From positions 104,966,001-105,030,000 of the forward strand of contig NC_083232.1 of NCBI RefSeq assembly GCF_032191835.1: 64,000 nucleotides of DNA, given 5' to 3'. Source of the DNA: Heteronotia binoei (taxonomy: Eukaryota). Each line of letters begins with the position of its first letter. Positions within the stretch are counted from its first letter, which is position 1. A program made the translations under genes and the position numbers. Below the pieces are notes generated by a model. That model had not been told where the DNA came from. It did no database searches and saw nothing but the letters and a program-made list of their open reading frames with translations. Positions 60,279 to 64,000 of the stretch are shown here, piece after piece.

Positions 60279-61039
60279 TGTCAAGGTAGATTAATAATGG
60301 CTTAAGCCTGGGGGAATCCGGCCTAAGCAATAGGCCTGGTTAAAATCATAATGAATCCACTGCTGCTAATGTTTCACCTTAGTTGCTTCCCTTCCTCCTT
60401 TTCTTATTTTGATTTGTAACTGGTGTGAAGGAACTAGTTGGCGCCTTCTCAGGGCCTGAGGTGGGAGGAAGCCTTGCATAACAACCCAAGGACACTGGCT
60501 AGCTAGCGACTGAGAAAGTATCTAGTAGTGACGTGTGAATGTTTCCTCCTGTAACCCCCCCCCTGTAGGAATGTCTTTGAAGTGTATCTTAAAACCCATG
60601 TATCAATGTATTGGTTTCATTCTTAGCAAGCTAGAGGCTTGCGCCAGAGTACCGATTATCAATAAATGTAGTCTTAGTATCAACTTTGACTCATTCTTGA
60701 ATCCGTCGGCTTGACATTTTGCTAAGAATCAACTTTGAAGCTTAACCACCCTGGCCACTTTGTAGCTAAATGGCTGAAAAGATACCAGAAGGCAGTGAGC
60801 TTCCCTACACCGAAGAAGGGCCATCTATTCCCTGCCACATCTTGGATGCACGGAGAGTAGCAGCATCTCCTCCACAGTTCCAGCAGCTGCTCATCATCCC
60901 GAGGCAGTGGCAGCCCCAGACCTCCACCAGTACCATGGATGAGGCCCCGGCTAGGCATGAAGCCATCCTGACCTGGCACATGCAAAGGATGCGAATGGCG
61001 AATGCGGAAGGGTCCAATCTGGGACCCATGGAGCCGGAG

Positions 61040-61910
61040 TGTCAAGTCTGCTTTAACTTTGGTCAGGCCTGCACCCAATCTTTGGTTCAGGAGAGAAGCC
61101 ATACTGTATTCCAATGCTGTTAGCTTGAACTCTCCTCACCCCCCTCCTTTCCTTTGTTATGTAGTTTGCTTTGAAATGGGAATATGTGAAAGAGTTTATC
61201 GGGCCTTCTCAGGCTGGACATCGGGGGAGGTTGGAGCCAAAAGACGCTCAAGGCCAAAGCAGGCCTGAGAAAGAAATTGTAACATCAATGTGTGAATGTG
61301 CCCTGCATAGTACCCCTCCCTCAAGAATCCCTTTGAAGTATACCTTATATGATTGCATTCTACTGTATGATCTTTAGTCTTTCAATCTCACTGTGTCAAG
61401 ACATGGAACTTCAAGTAAAGACGGATCATAGTGTTGTAACAATTAATCCATTTATTGAGAACAAATAGTCAGCAGAGAGGCAGATTGCGTTTGATACCGG
61501 CCCAAGGTTGAGGCCAGCCTTTTCTACATTTCTAAAAGCAGGAAACAATACAACCCTTTTCACACCCCCAGAGACAGCCGGGTCTTCCCAGGGCTTTATC
61601 TCTTTCTCAGAGGAAGAATCCTTGAAGATGTGGACTTCAAAGCCGCAGATGGCTTTTCGGCTGGGCATGAGATTTTACTCCTTGCAGTTACAATATGCTT
61701 GGGGAAGGGCACTTGCTACAGTTCTCAGGGTTAGTAAAGCAGAGTTCATATTAAGGTACATCATGGCGTTAGTCATGTCAAGCATTTCTAATCTACAATT
61801 CAGTTTCAGTAAGTTACACGTTTGACACACTGTAGTCGAGAACCATGATATCAATAAACTAGCTACTTTGTTATCAGCAAAGACTCGTTATTGAATCTGC
61901 CGACTTGACA
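61040..61910 (+). mobile_element. Solo LTR (same family as 48951) inserted in the gag of element C
   Basis: TSD CGGAG (61035-61039 and 61911-61915). Last 29 bp identical to the 48951-49826 LTR end. Confidence 0.92.
61394..61827 (-). mobile_element. Solo LTR (434 bp) nested in opposite orientation
   Basis: TGTCAA...TTGACA termini, TSD CACTG (61389-61393 and 61828-61832). Confidence 0.88.
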
Positions 61911-64000
61911 CGGAGGAGACTGATACTATCGTGGTGGTTCCAATACACGAGGAGTGCCCGGAGCCAGACGAGGGAGAACTGGGTGCAGCAGCTCCTAAAG
62001 ATGAGGAGGACGAAACAGCTAGGGAGTTTCAAGCCATGGTCTGCAAAGAAGTGGAGAGCGTGGTCAAGGGCCTGAAGATGGAGATGCAGGCCATGACCAA
62101 TCGAATGGCGGGAGAGATCAGCAGAGAGATCTCTCACTCTCTAGGGCTGCCTGGGCCCAGGAGGATTACTCACCCCCCCCCCCCAATCTGCCAGCCACCA
62201 GCACCAGCGATTCCCATGCCAGCGGCACTGGCCGTGGCCCCAGCGCCGCCCACAGTGCCCTGGCCGGCGGCCCCCCCTCCTGCTCCTCGTGATGGAGGGA
62301 GAGGAAGGGAGCTCGATGCTACCTTCGACGGGGACCCGGAGGAGGTGGAATACTTCACAATCCAGGCGAACAGCTATATGCATTATTGGGGGAATACCTT
62401 CCCGGATGAGTTCAGCTGAGTGGATTTTCTGGGGTCGAAGCTGAGGGGGGCGGCCAAAAGGTGGTACGTGAGCCTGTACGAAGCCATGAGCCCAGAACTG
62501 GACTATGTAGCAATGTTCCTACAGGCTCTGTTGGCCCAGTATGAAGACCCCCTCCAGGAGACCCAGGTGTTGGCAGCCCTGCACGACATGCAACAGGGGC
62601 AGAAGTCAATCTGGGAGTATGCTGCGGACTTCCGAGCCAATGCAGCCAAGGTGCGAGGGTGGAGTGAGCTGATGAAAATCGAGCACTTCACCCGGGGGCT
62701 GAATGTGGGCATATTGGATTGGGCCCTCACCCAAGCCCGACCTACCACGTTGGTAGGTTGGATCCAGTTAGCAGGTGAGGTTGAGACCAATATGAAATGT
62801 GTCGCCATGCAACGCCAGCAGCAAAGCGGAAAAGGGGGACGGGACCCGAAAGCAACCCCAAAAGCAGAGGTGAAGAAACCGGCAGGGGGTTCCAGTGGGG
62901 GTAAGCCAGCCGGAACCCGCAAGTGCTTTCAGTGTGGAGACCCAGGGCACCTAGCGAGCAGCTGCCCGAACCCGCCGCGAGCACTACCAAGTGCCCCGAA
63001 GCAAAGCACTCCCGTCCTGAAGAAGGCCCCTGACCACCCTAAGGAAGCGGCGAAAGGCAACATGATGGCAATTGAGGAGGCAGAAGAGGAACTGTTCCTG
63101 AGCGATGAGCTGAGCGAGCTGGTCTGGATGGAGGAGCTGTCAGGAAACGAGAACGACCTGCTCTGAAGGGTGCCCACCAGCAGGTCACAGAGGAGCCGGC
63201 ACCAATGAGGGTGAGAGTGACTGGATCACTTTATTTTGTACCAGTGAGACTGTTGAACCCCAAACTAAAGAGATTAATGCAAGTGAGGGCTTTAATTGAC
63301 TCGGGGTGCAACCAGGAATTAATAACACCCTGGCTACCACCCCCCTACCCTGCCCCATACAGTTCGAACAGATGGATGGGTCAGTGATGCGGGGGGAGCC
63401 CTGTGCTTCAGAGACTCAATTTCTGCCAATGGGGATCGAGGAGCATTGGGAGCAGGAGTCATTTGTAATCGCCCCCTCCTGCTCTTACCCAGTAGTGTTG
63501 GGGGTCAGTTGGCCGGCCAGGCATGAACCAGACATTCGGTGGGGGAGGCAAACCACAAGGTTCATAGACCCGCTGTGCAAAGATCACCTATGGAACGTAG
63601 AGTGGGGGCCTCGCCCTCCGCCCTCCACTGAGAGGGTGTGCCTGACACTGGAAGAAGTCCTGGAAATCCCCCAGGCATACCGGGAATTGATGGGGGTGTT
63701 CAGCGAGCAGGGCACCAACGAGCTGCCGCCCCATAGGGACACGGACTGTGCTATCGAGTTAATACCGGGGGAATCGCTCCCCAAAGCCAAATTGTACCCG
63801 ATAGGATGGGCCGAGAAGGCGGAGCTGCGCAAATTTCTGGACAAGAACTTAAAACGGGGGTTTATTAGGCCGGCCTCAGCCCCCCACGTGGCCCCGGTTC
63901 TGTTCCGGAAAAAGAAGGACAGCTCGCTTAGACTTTGCATAGATTTTTGCGGGATAAACGTGATTTCAACCTCCAACGCCTACCCCATCCCCCTCATTAA

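Larger units (their letters stand above)
60770..63166 (+). pseudogene. gag of element C, interrupted by a solo LTR (61040-61910) and a TGA at 62417
   Basis: Removing 61040-61915 rejoins ...GPMEPE|ETDTIVVVPIHEE... in frame. The premature TGA aligns with Arg (RV) in element B. Confidence 0.88.
60279..64000 (+). mobile_element. Ty3/Gypsy element C (runs off the window end), degraded, with nested LTRs
   Basis: 5' LTR 60279-60716 (TGTCAAG...CTTGACA), PBS, gag from 60770, knuckle CFQCGDPGHLASSC, protease LIDSGC and start of RT. Confidence 0.93.

Noticed and set aside
19980-64000. Uni-strand piRNA-cluster-like region
   Set aside because: TE orientations are mixed with no strand bias. It cannot be assessed further without small-RNA data.

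Overview
Vertebrate, non-microbial DNA. It is a squamate reptile, probably a gecko, inferred from Sauria-type SINEs, BovB, CR1, L2, L1, DIRS and Penelope content. The only host coding sequence I can support is exon 1 of a FoxI-subfamily forkhead gene (minus strand, 16200-15675) in a CpG island. I could not find its second exon in the window. Most of 20-64 kb is nested transposable elements: two full-length L1s, a full-length L2, three CR1s, BovB, DIRS and Penelope remnants, SINEs, MITEs, an 80-bp tandem array, and a cluster of Ty3/Gypsy chromovirus elements and solo LTRs. The strongest unexplained-by-annotation signals are in the Gypsy elements. (i) No tRNA primer site; instead each of three different LTR families has its own 11-nt PBS perfectly complementary to an 11-mer about 30 nt downstream of its TATA-like box, which matches Tf1/sushi-type self-priming with covariation. 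(ii) A PEG10-like GGGAAAC -1 frameshift site followed by an H-type pseudoknot whose stems are conserved in three elements while the loops diverge. (iii) Recurrent CTCTG/CWNWG target sites and repeated LTR-in-LTR nesting. Coordinates were counted by hand, so fuzzy repeat ends may be off by tens of bases.
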